A stretch of 64,000 bases of DNA, taken from NCBI GenBank assembly GCA_001643675.2, contig LSRY02000001.1, positions 558,001 through 622,000 of the forward strand, written 5' to 3'. A program made the position numbers and the translations under genes. This stretch comes from Monocercomonoides exilis PA203 (taxonomy: Eukaryota > Protista > Preaxostyla). The notes below the pieces were generated by a model. It was not told where the DNA came from, did no database searches, and saw only the letters and a list, made by a program, of their open reading frames with translations. How positions within the stretch are numbered: the first letter of the stretch is position 1; each line of letters opens with the position of its first letter. Below are positions 24,601-34,914 of this stretch, piece after piece.

Positions 24601-27600
24601 AAGTTCGCTCTTCCAGCCGAGCTACCATTTCATCAATTGTTCATGAAGTCATCATCTCCTCTTCTTGAGATCATTTCTTGTTCAATCAGCACAAAAGATC
24701 CTGACTCCGTCATGACCTTTTCGTTTCTAGAAATGGATGCAGGATTCCTCAACGTTTCTTTGTTTAAAACAATATCCTTGTTTTTAGGAAGTAATCCATT
24801 GTTTGTTTTAAATGGTCAAAATTCAGTCTGTTCTTTCTCTTCTTTTCACATAGAAAAAGTGTCGTCAAGATTATCATCTCATATCTTTTCTGTTTCAAGT
24901 AAGGTCACATTCAGGCTGATGAATTCGATGTTAAGTGCTTCAACAGATTCTCTGGAATATCAAGATCTCTCGCTTGGAGCAATCTTCGCAAATACTCCTT
25001 TCATGGTAGAGCTTACAAACAACACAATCACTGGCTTTGAAAAGAAAAGCTCAAAAGGTGGTTCAATCATGTGCACTTTGGAAGAAGGAGGAAAAATAGA
25101 TATAATTGGAGGCACCATTTCCGAGTGCAAGAGTTTGAATGGAGACGGAGGAGGTCTGTGGATAGCAACGAGTGGAGCTTCTTCTTTTTTCATTAGAAAT
25201 GCAAGTTCTTTAGCTCCAAAGCATTGTGTGAACACGAACTCAGAGCAACTTTTAACTTCCATAGCAAAGTGTGTTGCAACAGCTACCACTGTGACAAATG
25301 CTGGATGTGGTGGAGGACTTTTCTTGCAAATTGGATCGAATGCTTCGTCATTTGTTCTAAATGACTTGCTCTTTGATCAATGCCAAGGCACAAAAGGAAA
25401 GGATCTCTTTCTTGTTGCCGATGATCTTTTTCAAGTTTTAAGCAATGATTCCATTTCTTTCAATCCCGATTTAAACGATTTCACTCGCCTCAATGGATAC
25501 GAGCTGTCAACAAGCAACAACGCTTTTTCAATTCCTTTGGTGCTTTATCTGTGGGACAATTATTCGTCTATCATTTATGTTGGTGGAACTGGAGCTTGGG
25601 ACTTTTCTAGTTGCGGAAGTGAAACATATCCTTGTTCGTCCATCTCAGCTGCAATGAAACAACGCTTTGCCAATATAACAACAAATTTGATTTTGCATCC
25701 TTCCTTTTGCATTCAAGAAGAGCTTCTCTTCTCTCAGAAAGAGTATGCAATTGGCAGCATTGAAGATTCAATAACTTGCCAAATCACGGATACAGCAATC
25801 AACAAAAGAAACGCTTTGATATCATCTCAAAAGTCAACATCCTTTGAAGGAATAACCTTTTCGCTTCCACAAAACCTAACATCTCATTCATTGATATTTT
25901 CATGCCTTTCAGATACACTGAGTTTGAATAAGTGTGCCATCCAGTTGAAAGAAGAATACATCTCTTTTGTTTTCGGAAGCGTTGAAGGAGGGAAGCTTCT
26001 CATATCTGAATTCCAATATTATCATGGAACTGTCAACACAGGTTCTGTTTTTTCTGTGAATGGATCGAACGGTGATGCTTCAATACAAATGAGCTTCTGT
26101 AACTTTGAATCACTTAAAATTTCAACTGGAAATTTGATTAGTGCTGCAAACAGTGATGAAATTAATATCACAGAATGCAATTTTTCAACAATTTCCAGGG
26201 TGAAAGGGAGCGGAGGTTGCCTTCATTTCGTCTGGAGTAACAGTGTTGAATCTGAACTTCGAAGCACAAAAGTTAGCAAATGCAATTTTGACAAATGCAG
26301 CGTCGAAGAAAAAGATGCCGGAGGTGGCGGAGTGTTCTGTTCAATAGATGAGCATTCATCTGTTTTCATAAGCGAGTGTCAATTTAGCAATTGTATCGCG
26401 CCAAATGGAGATCAAACTTCTGGGTACGGAGGTGGAATATACTTCAATCTTGTCTCTTCAAATTCCTGCTTTTGCATTTCTGCTCCACTCTTTCCTCTAC
26501 AAGCTCCAAACAAAGCAAAATATGGCAATGATGTTTTCATCAAAGCCGTTAATTTGTCACGAAGCATCACAAATGAAGCTTTACCATTTGTTGCCAGCAT
26601 GATGGATTCGCTTACAAAAGAGTCATTAGGGGGATATGACGGAGAAGATGAAGAACATGCAATTCCTTTACAATTCTTTTTGAAGATATTGGACTCTTCG
26701 TTATTTGTGAAATCTGATGGCGTTGATGTGATTGTTTGCGGATTTGAAGAATATCCGTGCCATTCATTCGGGTATTCGCTTCAGAGAATTGCAGGAAAAG
26801 AGAATAAAACTCTTTCAATAATTGACGAAGCAATTCTGAATTGTGAAGTTATTTTGAATGCCACAAATGTTGCTTCTGTAGGAGATGTTGTGTCGCATTT
26901 AGTTTGCGAACGAGCGTTGGATGGCAATGCGCACAACGTGATTGGTGTTGAAGCTCATTCTTCAATCAAATCAGTCAACATCGAATTCCCGAACGCTTTT
27001 AGTAATGAAGCAATTGCCTTTTTTTCACTAGAACAAGATATGAGTCATTTAACAATTGAAGAATGTGAATTTGTACAGCTCGAAGCGGATTCGACATCGC
27101 TTCAGTTTGAGCTTTTTGTGGTCAAAAAAGGATGGTTGACTCTTTGTCAGACCTCATTCACTGCCATTTCTTCGTCGGTTCCTCTTTTCGATTTTTCTCC
27201 TTCTGCTTTCGTTGAGATACAAAATGCGAATATTGAAGATGTTAAACTTTCTTCGAAAAGTGCATTCATTTTGAGCGATGAAGTCGAAAATGATCATTCC
27301 AATTTCGTTGAAGAAGAAAACTGCAACATTTACTTTTCTTTATGCGCATTTCTTCGTATCCACCAAAATTTCTCTGATAATCCGTCTGTCATCCAGGCAG
27401 GAAAACGAAGAAATAACATTGTAACTATTGCAAACTCAACGTTCCAAGATTGTGGTTCGACTGTTTCACAAAAAGGTGGTTGCATGCTGCTGGAGCTCCA
27501 TGAGAACTTTAAGATTGTTTGTGCCAATTCCACAATTGTAGAATGTTTTGTTTCATATGTGGGCAGAGGAGGCGGAATGTTTCTAATCGGAAAAACCAAC

Positions 27601-30600
27601 GAAAATCAGCCTTTGCAATTTGTATTTTCTAATATAACATTATCTGGAAACAGAGCATATCGTGGCTTTGACCTTTTTATAAAATGCCAAAACATCGAAA
27701 CTCAAATTGTTGAGGAACAGTTCCTGCTTGATTTTCGAAGTCTGAGCAGCAAAGAGCTCTCGATATGGGGCTGTACCAGAGAATTTAACGAAGATGAACA
27801 AGACTTACTTCCAAAAGTTATTTTGTTCAGAAGCGAAACAATTTTTGTTTCCGGCGTTTCGAGTAATAACACAAATAACAGACAATGCGGTAGTCTGAGC
27901 GGCCCGTGCACTTCGTTGGATACAGGCATTTCCCATGTAATTCCAACTAAATATTCTCAATTATTGATCGTAGAGGAAACAAATTTGCAGTCTGCAACTT
28001 CCATTAAAAGCGTTTTAATTCGGTCTTTAGATCAGCCTGAAAAAGTAATTATTCATTTGGACGAAAAAATAGAATGCGAGAATAGTCCTTTAATCGCCTC
28101 ATACGACATCGTCAAATTGGAATACATTTTATTTATTTTTCACCCCTCGTTTTGTTCTGATGCCAACGCTTTAATTGGACAGATGAATGGAACATTGACG
28201 ATTTCGTTTTTGCTTTTTTCAGTTGAACCAAATGATTCGATCATTGTGAAAAACGATTTAAACTTCAATATTATATCTGTTGATTGTGGTAGCTTATTAT
28301 TGGAAAACTGCGAGTTTTCATTTCTCTGTTTGGCCAGACCGATGATTCTCATTTCTCCAAATGCTGAAGCCAGAATTGAAGACAACATCGTTCATGATAT
28401 TGCAAGTCAAAAGTCGTTGCTTGCTTTAAAAAATGCTCTCGTGGTGGGTGTGCGTAGTTTGAATATTTCTCGAATACAGTTACAAGAAGGAACTTGTTGC
28501 GAATTTGCGTTTTCAAATGATTCAAAGGCAATATTGTCTTGTTTGTTTTTTGAAAATATTACAACTTCTTCGGATATGACATCTTCTATTATGGTCAACG
28601 ATATTGAAGCACTGGAATTATCAATGGAGAATTGCTCGTTTAGGAATTGCATTTCTCGTTCAGAAAAAGGATCCATTGCCTTGATCAGCCTTTGCAAAAA
28701 TGTTACAATCAGTTTTTGTTCATTTGATGGATTCAGTTCTGAGGCAAATTTGAATGTTCAGAATTCAAAATCAGATGCTATTTGCAAATGGAATGGTTCT
28801 TTGGTGGATTTTTCAAGCAGTGATGTGTTTTTGAAAGAAGCAAAAATAGAAAACTCACAAAAAGGCGGATTGTCATTGTCTGAAGGAAGTGTAACGATAG
28901 AAAAGGGGGAATTTGCAGGAAATAACGCGCGCGAAGAGGGATATTCATCGGCACGCAGGAACATTTTGTGCTTCAATGCACAGAAGTTGGGATTGGTTGA
29001 TACGAAGGAAGGAGGAACAGCAAATGATAACAAATTACAATGGATAATTAACGATGGCTGCAATCTCGCTGGCTCTGGATTTGAAAAGGGATGGGCTCTA
29101 TTTACACCAATTCTTGAGGATATTAAGACAGAAGATTTCGGAGAATGGATAAAACTGAGATTTTTCGGAAAGATGCTCCATCCATGCAATCTATCATTTC
29201 AGGTGATAAGCTCAAAAGGTGAAGAAAAGCTTATTGAAACGTACGAGCTTAGAGAAGAAGGGTATTTGACTGAGAAAGAAGCTGAAGGGATGGTAGGGTC
29301 AAGTTTAATCAAAGAAGCAGAAGATGAGGCAGAAGTGCTTGTAAGACTAAAATATGGATTCAAAAAAAGCCCTCTATATACGGATTGCGTTATGATAAAG
29401 AATGGAACTGAACTTCAGAAAAATTCAGATGGGAACATTGTGAAAGGAGGAAAGAAAGAAAGAACATTGTGGCCTATTATTGTAATTGTCCTTGTTGTCA
29501 CATTGTTGATTGTTCTCATAATTGCAATTGCTTTTGTAGTTCGATGGAAGAAAGCAAAGGAACGATCAGAAGAATTGGAGGAAATTGTGAATGACAACAT
29601 CAAAAAGGATCCGAAGGCATTCGAGATGGTGACGATGGAGATGTCTCCCGAGGAGCAGTGGAGGAGGGCAGAGAGGGAGGCTGAGAAGAAGAATGAAGAA
29701 AGGATCAAAAAGAGGGTGTATGAGAAAAGCCTGGGACACTCAGAGTCATCAGAGCATCTTCTCTCCGAGAGTGGATCAACTGAGTACATCCTGGGAAGAG
29801 ACTCAGACAAGATCCCTGATTGGGCATTAGAAAAGGAGGAGGAAGAAGAGATAAGAAAGCGAACTCCATCACCATCCATTTCATCCACTTCAACCACAGG
29901 CACTTCAGACACAGAATCCACATTTGTTCGAGGGGAGGATCTGTGTCCAACCACCTCATCGATGTCGAATCTCGTGGATGCGATGGCTTGTTCGTCACCG
30001 CATGAGAAGCTGATTGTGGATCTGAGGGATTCGCTGTTCATGCTGCTGCACGGAAAGAATGAGAAGAAAGAGATGGCGATTGGCACTCTGCGGGAGAGGG
30101 AGCAGACAGCTGCCCAAATCCTGTTCTGGGTGGCTGGTGGGGCGCTCTTCTCCTTCGAAGACGGGGAGGACGATCTTCCCTCTCTGCCAAACCTCAGCCC
30201 CCACATCGTGCTGTTCTCCGAGCACATGGTCATCTGCATCGCCCTCCATTCAGATTTCTCTTCTGATGATTCTGACACATCTTCCATCTCTTCATCAACT
30301 GTTGTCACATCTGCAAGCGATGATGATGACGATGATGGCAGAAACGATAGAGACTCTCTGCCCTCATCTGCATTTGAGGAAGAAGATAGCTTCAAAAAAG
30401 AGTGTTTGAGGTGGAAGGCGCCTGAGCTCCTGATCAACAAGAAGATGGGGGCAACACAGAAGTCTGTGGCATTCTCCATCGGGATGATGCTGTGGGAGTG
30501 TGTGACGCTCCAGATCCCGTTTGGTGAGTACGAGGCCGAGACTGCCGGCCAGAAGATAGCAAATGGCGAAAAGCCAGATCTGGGCGCGGCAGGCTGCTCC

Positions 30601-30828
30601 GCCTTCGCCCAAACCATCAACGCCTGCCTTTCCCAAAATCCAGATGCCCGCCCCAGCCCTGCCCAGCTCCAGCGCCAGTTCGTCCAACACTTTCCTGGCG
30701 GCGCTCCCAGCCTCACAGCTTCCGATGCCCTCTATTGTTACCACCCCTTGCACCTCAACTGCTCCTCCGATCAATCTGCCTCCTATTCCGCAACAACCTT
30801 CACCGAATATCCCGCTGCCCCCTCCTGA
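21697..30828 (+). CDS. Giant single-pass receptor-like protein (3043 aa): beta-helix (Pmp/pectin-lyase-like) ectodomain, TM segment, C-terminal TKL-like pseudokinase
   Basis: Intronless ORF with an N-terminal hydrophobic stretch, GGA(I/L/V) and FxxC/FxxN repeats, and five CGxxxxPCxS modules. TM WPIIVIVLVVTLLIVLIIAIAFVV-RWKK (29470-29553). Kinase C-lobe motifs RWKAPE, SIGMMLWEC..PF and RP. Confidence 0.9.
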   Translation: MKTKSKKQPIKLMNILKLCFFILASHNSAFHNLLTFKNSDNQFKDIKRENKEFTKLQNSQHEMRDFIYEYILKNKKIINVCESEVESHFTIFNASVTEESILFINSNTFQTQFLIHDSSFFQLISCRHTSVSSAFLVQCLSESTIEFINFSIISFPFFENSQRLILSFSSYTQISIEESSFYNWRTPFNSNLMWSGNAQSIFVDKCKFHNVSQSVTRNTCSNEKSFTKSSALSNSVVTRSVNALESVIVCGTQNSNAFICFNSSFILGERIDNSLISQNRNESSSSLNFSNCEWIGCSAESGGALFVHDNTTAVLEIINSSFERCNATGKRGGAIYALSIAECLVFDSVFLGCSCESSSNYGGAGIECDNLNIQPFIQNCCFQEGWSGNDGGAVFIFNSKTKTKDCIVDCAFINNSCHNTNDGDGGGVCIWNNTGKVELRNCLFKNCYSEGCGGGITIQIIKENNGTLLYFCFFQNNKAEKFGHDICFQSSMNNHIDSSCKTTRNTINRVACRSDGQDLSNYLSCEYDSIRYVASSIVQSNAKDSFSCGFFEAYPCESISFCVSRLIPGVVVNINMMEGTISETHPIKILNNQYILSGPTESGAEIQTMFAESDVSLFSVSTGSLDVNHIRVIHDSSINNNRESRICCISSSGAINLKNTNISTDNSHSSDTSFKTEMIRIVAGSLTMENVGWTRFFSSTSFIYLSQTEILSISLLETTFENIIRTSQGAALIDSSTTTANIALKKCFIDGCGSQSSVDGGAMRISLNSPCHLKIEEGTIQNCYASSSVGRGGGVFLKLCNFQVEFSVFSLFNNNVAKWGYDLFVQSPDLQATSTSGQILLKIPWNSTFSTIRGFDNEATSVPIPLCVYLLDQPQNITVAKNDALNHPLCGFEQFPCSSLNYALTRQSGDKYVVFNDMVTLSENVRIEQNEHIIQGACESCGLDIADEMNENSNSLISISSITHLTTLKFALPAELPFHQLFMKSSSPLLEIISCSISTKDPDSVMTFSFLEMDAGFLNVSLFKTISLFLGSNPLFVLNGQNSVCSFSSFHIEKVSSRLSSHIFSVSSKVTFRLMNSMLSASTDSLEYQDLSLGAIFANTPFMVELTNNTITGFEKKSSKGGSIMCTLEEGGKIDIIGGTISECKSLNGDGGGLWIATSGASSFFIRNASSLAPKHCVNTNSEQLLTSIAKCVATATTVTNAGCGGGLFLQIGSNASSFVLNDLLFDQCQGTKGKDLFLVADDLFQVLSNDSISFNPDLNDFTRLNGYELSTSNNAFSIPLVLYLWDNYSSIIYVGGTGAWDFSSCGSETYPCSSISAAMKQRFANITTNLILHPSFCIQEELLFSQKEYAIGSIEDSITCQITDTAINKRNALISSQKSTSFEGITFSLPQNLTSHSLIFSCLSDTLSLNKCAIQLKEEYISFVFGSVEGGKLLISEFQYYHGTVNTGSVFSVNGSNGDASIQMSFCNFESLKISTGNLISAANSDEINITECNFSTISRVKGSGGCLHFVWSNSVESELRSTKVSKCNFDKCSVEEKDAGGGGVFCSIDEHSSVFISECQFSNCIAPNGDQTSGYGGGIYFNLVSSNSCFCISAPLFPLQAPNKAKYGNDVFIKAVNLSRSITNEALPFVASMMDSLTKESLGGYDGEDEEHAIPLQFFLKILDSSLFVKSDGVDVIVCGFEEYPCHSFGYSLQRIAGKENKTLSIIDEAILNCEVILNATNVASVGDVVSHLVCERALDGNAHNVIGVEAHSSIKSVNIEFPNAFSNEAIAFFSLEQDMSHLTIEECEFVQLEADSTSLQFELFVVKKGWLTLCQTSFTAISSSVPLFDFSPSAFVEIQNANIEDVKLSSKSAFILSDEVENDHSNFVEEENCNIYFSLCAFLRIHQNFSDNPSVIQAGKRRNNIVTIANSTFQDCGSTVSQKGGCMLLELHENFKIVCANSTIVECFVSYVGRGGGMFLIGKTNENQPLQFVFSNITLSGNRAYRGFDLFIKCQNIETQIVEEQFLLDFRSLSSKELSIWGCTREFNEDEQDLLPKVILFRSETIFVSGVSSNNTNNRQCGSLSGPCTSLDTGISHVIPTKYSQLLIVEETNLQSATSIKSVLIRSLDQPEKVIIHLDEKIECENSPLIASYDIVKLEYILFIFHPSFCSDANALIGQMNGTLTISFLLFSVEPNDSIIVKNDLNFNIISVDCGSLLLENCEFSFLCLARPMILISPNAEARIEDNIVHDIASQKSLLALKNALVVGVRSLNISRIQLQEGTCCEFAFSNDSKAILSCLFFENITTSSDMTSSIMVNDIEALELSMENCSFRNCISRSEKGSIALISLCKNVTISFCSFDGFSSEANLNVQNSKSDAICKWNGSLVDFSSSDVFLKEAKIENSQKGGLSLSEGSVTIEKGEFAGNNAREEGYSSARRNILCFNAQKLGLVDTKEGGTANDNKLQWIINDGCNLAGSGFEKGWALFTPILEDIKTEDFGEWIKLRFFGKMLHPCNLSFQVISSKGEEKLIETYELREEGYLTEKEAEGMVGSSLIKEAEDEAEVLVRLKYGFKKSPLYTDCVMIKNGTELQKNSDGNIVKGGKKERTLWPIIVIVLVVTLLIVLIIAIAFVVRWKKAKERSEELEEIVNDNIKKDPKAFEMVTMEMSPEEQWRRAEREAEKKNEERIKKRVYEKSLGHSESSEHLLSESGSTEYILGRDSDKIPDWALEKEEEEEIRKRTPSPSISSTSTTGTSDTESTFVRGEDLCPTTSSMSNLVDAMACSSPHEKLIVDLRDSLFMLLHGKNEKKEMAIGTLREREQTAAQILFWVAGGALFSFEDGEDDLPSLPNLSPHIVLFSEHMVICIALHSDFSSDDSDTSSISSSTVVTSASDDDDDDGRNDRDSLPSSAFEEEDSFKKECLRWKAPELLINKKMGATQKSVAFSIGMMLWECVTLQIPFGEYEAETAGQKIANGEKPDLGAAGCSAFAQTINACLSQNPDARPSPAQLQRQFVQHFPGGAPSLTASDALYCYHPLHLNCSSDQSASYSATTFTEYPAAPS

Positions 30829-32489
30829 TCCTTCTCCGAGCAGCTGAACATGCCCTGTCTTTTTCCATCCAGCTCTCCCCCAGCCCTTCCACATCCCAAA
30901 GACATCCTTGGAAGCTGGCAAGCGAAAAAGTCACGTCTGCAGTTCAAATAAAGCGGAAATGACGCAGACAAGATAGATGCTCACAAATGACGATAGCGCA
31001 GACTGCATCTCATTCTGTGCCTCTTGTCAAACGTAACAGTCGTTTTATTTATTTATTGCTTTCTTGTCTTTTTTTTGGAAATGCTTCCATCTGTTTTCCG
31101 TTTTCATTTTGCCAGCGCCGATTTTGTTGTTATTATGAGGACCAGGCTCGCCAAGCTGCGGCCGTGTAGCTTTTTGCATCCTTCCATTTTGTGTTTGTTT
31201 GTTTGTTTGTTTTGTACTCGCTTTGTATTCGGCGTTTTTCTTCATTCACAGATGTTGTGGTTTTCAAGCCATTTTCATCCCCATTTCATTGTCCTGTTCC
31301 CATCCATGTGCGCTCTTCACATCACTTCCGTTGTCGCGCGCTCTCTCTCTCTAAAATAAACAAATCAGGGCATTTGCACTTCTATGTGGAAAAAACACAC
31401 AAACAGGTGCCAAAAAGAAAAAAGCAAAAATTGCGTTTCTGTCACAATTCTCTGTCTTTCTGAGAAAAAGAAAAGCAAACGAATAAAATGCGAATTTTTC
31501 TATCAATAAAAACGATTGAGTGCACACCATTCTCTTTGGCAAAGAAAATGTCAAAGCGCTCGCTCAGCAAGAACACTCACTTTGTGTGCTTGCCCAGGAA
31601 GCAACACGAAAACGGAAACAGCACCAAACTCAATTTCGAAAGAGCCATGTTAGCCTTGCAACATAAAGAATAACAATATCACAAACAGATGCATCGGATG
31701 ATTCACAAAAGAAAAGAAAAGAAAAGAAAAAGTTTGAAAAAAAAATGAATGGATGAATGAATGAATGAATGAAGAGGACAAAATCCAAATCACACATCTG
31801 GCCAACACTCAAAAAGCACAAATACTCCCACTGACATTTCAAAAACAAACCAATCAACAACAAAAAACAAACAAGCAATTGCTACGACAGAACAAACCAG
31901 AAAATACAAATAATTAGTCGTTATTAATGTCTTTATTGCATCAGAATTCTTTTCTTTTCGCTCCTCATTAATCTGAAGAGTTTGAAACTCGATTTTCTAT
32001 CACTTTAAAAACTCATTGCTTTGCTTCCTTCTTGTTCCTATTTTCCCATTGCTGTGGATTCTTTTTTCGATTCCTCAATAATGAGTTCCTTTTCTTCTCT
32101 GCCCATTGTCGAAGAAAAATTCAAAGATTATCAAAAAGCTAATTCTTCAAGATTCATATGTGCAAATACTTCATACCTCAATTGCTCCAGTTCTTTCATA
32201 TTCTTTTATGAAAATTAAAAGAATATTATTTCGATACATGCAAAAAAATGCGCTCATTTAAGACAAAATAGTGGAAATGATATGGACGTATAATAAATAC
32301 AAAAGCAGTTTTTTAAGCAGTTGGATTTTTTTCAAAAATAGTTGTTTCGATTTCTTCAATTTGAATTGTTGGTTCGATCAACAGGAACAAAAGAATTTTA
32401 ATTCTGCCCCATTCACCAGAATTCTGCAGTTTCATTGAACTTTTTATCAAAAACTGTTTTTTATTGAGTAGAAACAACTGGATTAGACA

Positions 32490-33810
32490 ATGAATATCTT
32501 GGATCCTGAACAAATTATTTATAGAATGAGCATTGTTGATAAGTTTTGGAGTCTGTTCATTTTCTGTTATTTGAAAGCTCAATTCCTTTTTATTTCAATT
32601 ATTTTCGAAGAATTGCTCGACGTACTTGGATGTTGCAACGAGGATGAGCAAAAGCAGAAAATCGTTGAAATGAATGAAAATATTGTGAAATGAATAATCC
32701 CGAGTTAAAAACTGTCTTCACAAAAGAACTACTCAACAAAATTGACAAAATGCTCGAAGAAAGGAAAATGAATTTGGAAAATGCGATTTTGTTGTTGAAG
32801 CATATTGGTTATTGCAATGTGCTGAAAAGAACTTTTGATTATATCTTTGAAAAATCTTCATTGAACAAAAGATTTGAGGAGATGATCATTGAAGAAGAAA
32901 AGAAAAAGGAAGAAAAGAATGAAAAACTACTTGTTGACCTTTGTGAATGCTATCTGACGCACAGTATCTTCCCTTCATCGAAATTACATTCAATTTGTGT
33001 GCCCTGTCTTCTGAAAGTTGCATCGAACAAAGAGGAAAACAAAGACATTCAAAAAGAAGTGGAGCTAGCTCTTTTGACCCTGAGTTACATTGAAGAAATT
33101 GATGTGTGGGTACCTGTAACTTCACTTTTAACATTTTTGAATTTCTTTCTCATTTTTTGATTAGGATATTGATAAATAACTATATTTGAATGAAATCAAA
33201 GAGAACATTCAATATCATCAGGAGCAACACAATCTGACACGCCTGGCGTATCAATCTGCTTGTGAATTTTTAATAAAGATGTTATTCAAAGATAATAGTT
33301 TGCAAGATACTATTTTGAATGAGCTGCATATGGTGAAAGAAGCAACAAGAGAACTAAAAGAGCTTTCAAGATTCGCAGATAGGAGGAGAAAGAAAGAGTC
33401 AAAAGAAGAAAAAGGAGAAAAAGGAGAGCTTGTTTTAATAAGATGGCTACAAGCATTGAGGCATATCTTTTACTCATGCCAACTGTGGGATAAAGAATAC
33501 TGTACGCTAATTGGCAGCGTTGTTCAGATGTTCAGAGCAGCAAAGGATCATAGCCCAGACATTCTCGATGAATGCAATTATTTATTGAGAACTGCAGCAA
33601 AATTCAGAGCTGTGAGGGTTGAAGACTTGCTGAAAGGCGGAGCGGTTGATCTCTTTTTGGAGAGGATCCTGCGATCAACGATGGAAGATAGGATGGTAAA
33701 TGAAAGTTTCCAATTCTTTATTGACATTTTATATCGATTGATAATGCAAGAGGATGATGAAATGGAAGAAGAGAATAAAAAGGCAACCAAAATGGAGCTA
33801 TTTGAAAAAT
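32490..33810 (+). pseudogene. Helical-repeat family gene (copy B), pseudogenised and 3'-truncated
   Basis: Motifs LLLKHIGYC, EKLLVDLCECYL, HNLTRLAYQSA and LLKGGAVD are shared with copy C. Frameshift near 32688, premature TAA at 33177-33179 (paralog GAA), and similarity ends abruptly at ~33810. Introns ~32551-32609 and ~33110-33164. Confidence 0.85.
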
Positions 33811-34142
33811 TCTCGGAAGATTTGAGAAGAGGAAGAAATGAAGTTTTTGAAAGAACTTTCTTCTTCCCCTTCTTCTTCTCTGATGAAAATCAATTTGTGC
33901 CACCTTCATTTTCAAAAAGTCGTTAACTGATTCCTCTTCTATGAAACAAGAGCAGAATTTCACACTTCATTCAAAACTGCCTCAATCACCTTCTTATGAT
34001 CCGTCATTAAAATGAGATTGACAAACAGCGAAGAAATTGTTATTGTCATCATCAGTTATTTTATGAGTGAAGTAGAGAATGCAGATGAAATTGTTAGTAA
34101 AAATAGCCTCATTTTCCAAAAAAAGCAACAATAAAAAAGAAC

Positions 34143-34634
34143 TATACCTCTGTGACCTGACAAATTACTTGAAGCCTCGTCTGTCACAAAAAAAAAAAAA
34201 GAAAGAAAGAAAAAGAAAAAAAGAAAGAAAAAAGAAAAAAAAATTTAAAAATTAATATAAAATAAACTATTGCTAAAACTTCCAAAGACTTTTCAAAGCA
34301 ATGGAAAAGATTTGTTGATAGCATCTGTAATATCTTGTCGTTTTTTCTCTTTTGTCAGTGACCGTCAGTGACTGTCAATGACAAATTGTGACAAAAATAT
34401 TCCTCAACTGACATTTCGTGTCAAATAAAATAAATATTGGGAACCTGATCATTTTATTTTAATTTTAATTTTTGCAAAATAATAAGAATTATTTCATGAA
34501 GATTTTTAAATTAATTATTATAGTAATTAAGAATTATGAAATAATTATAAATAACCCTTTTTGACAAGTCATAAATATCTTGTCAGTCATTTTGTCATTT
34601 TTTCAATTTTCTCTTGTCATGTCACAGAGGTATA
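34143..34634. mobile_element. Non-autonomous MITE with 8-bp TSD (hAT-like architecture), 492 bp
   Basis: TIRs TATACCTCTGTGACCTGACAA (34143-34163) and TTGTCATGTCACAGAGGTATA (34614-34634), 20/21 match. TSD AAAAGAAC at 34135-34142 and 34635-34642. Many internal TGAC/GTCA motifs. Confidence 0.85.
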
Positions 34635-34914
34635 AAAAGAACCATCGAAGTAAGTGGAAAATTATTTATCTTTGATTGAATGACAAATGAAAACCCAATT
34701 GCTATTACTCAATGATGATTCAGAACTATTCTTCCATTGTGAATAAAACTATGAGGGGAACAGTGAATTGGTTATAAATGTATGAAATCTGTTAATGGAG
34801 GTGGAACAAAGTCTCTATACGAAAAAATGACGTTCCAAGGTTGATAAAAAGTCGTTTTTGGAAAGTGCAGAGAAGTATCGAAACGCACAAATGAAAAACA
34901 AATCTCGTGATATT

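Noticed and set aside
21697-30828. Diversity-generating retroelement acting on the receptor ectodomains
   Set aside because: No reverse transcriptase and no template/variable repeat pair with adenine-specific differences was seen in the window.
29415-30921. Long antisense ORFs (433 aa, 185 aa) over the receptor tail, and similar ones at 45075-45581 and 58216-59121
   Set aside because: They are shadows of codon and strand bias in the sense gene, with no independent motifs.
31040-31900. T-rich half followed by an A-rich half, suggesting a large inverted repeat
   Set aside because: Only a compositional mirror image with short matches was found, with no alignable arms.
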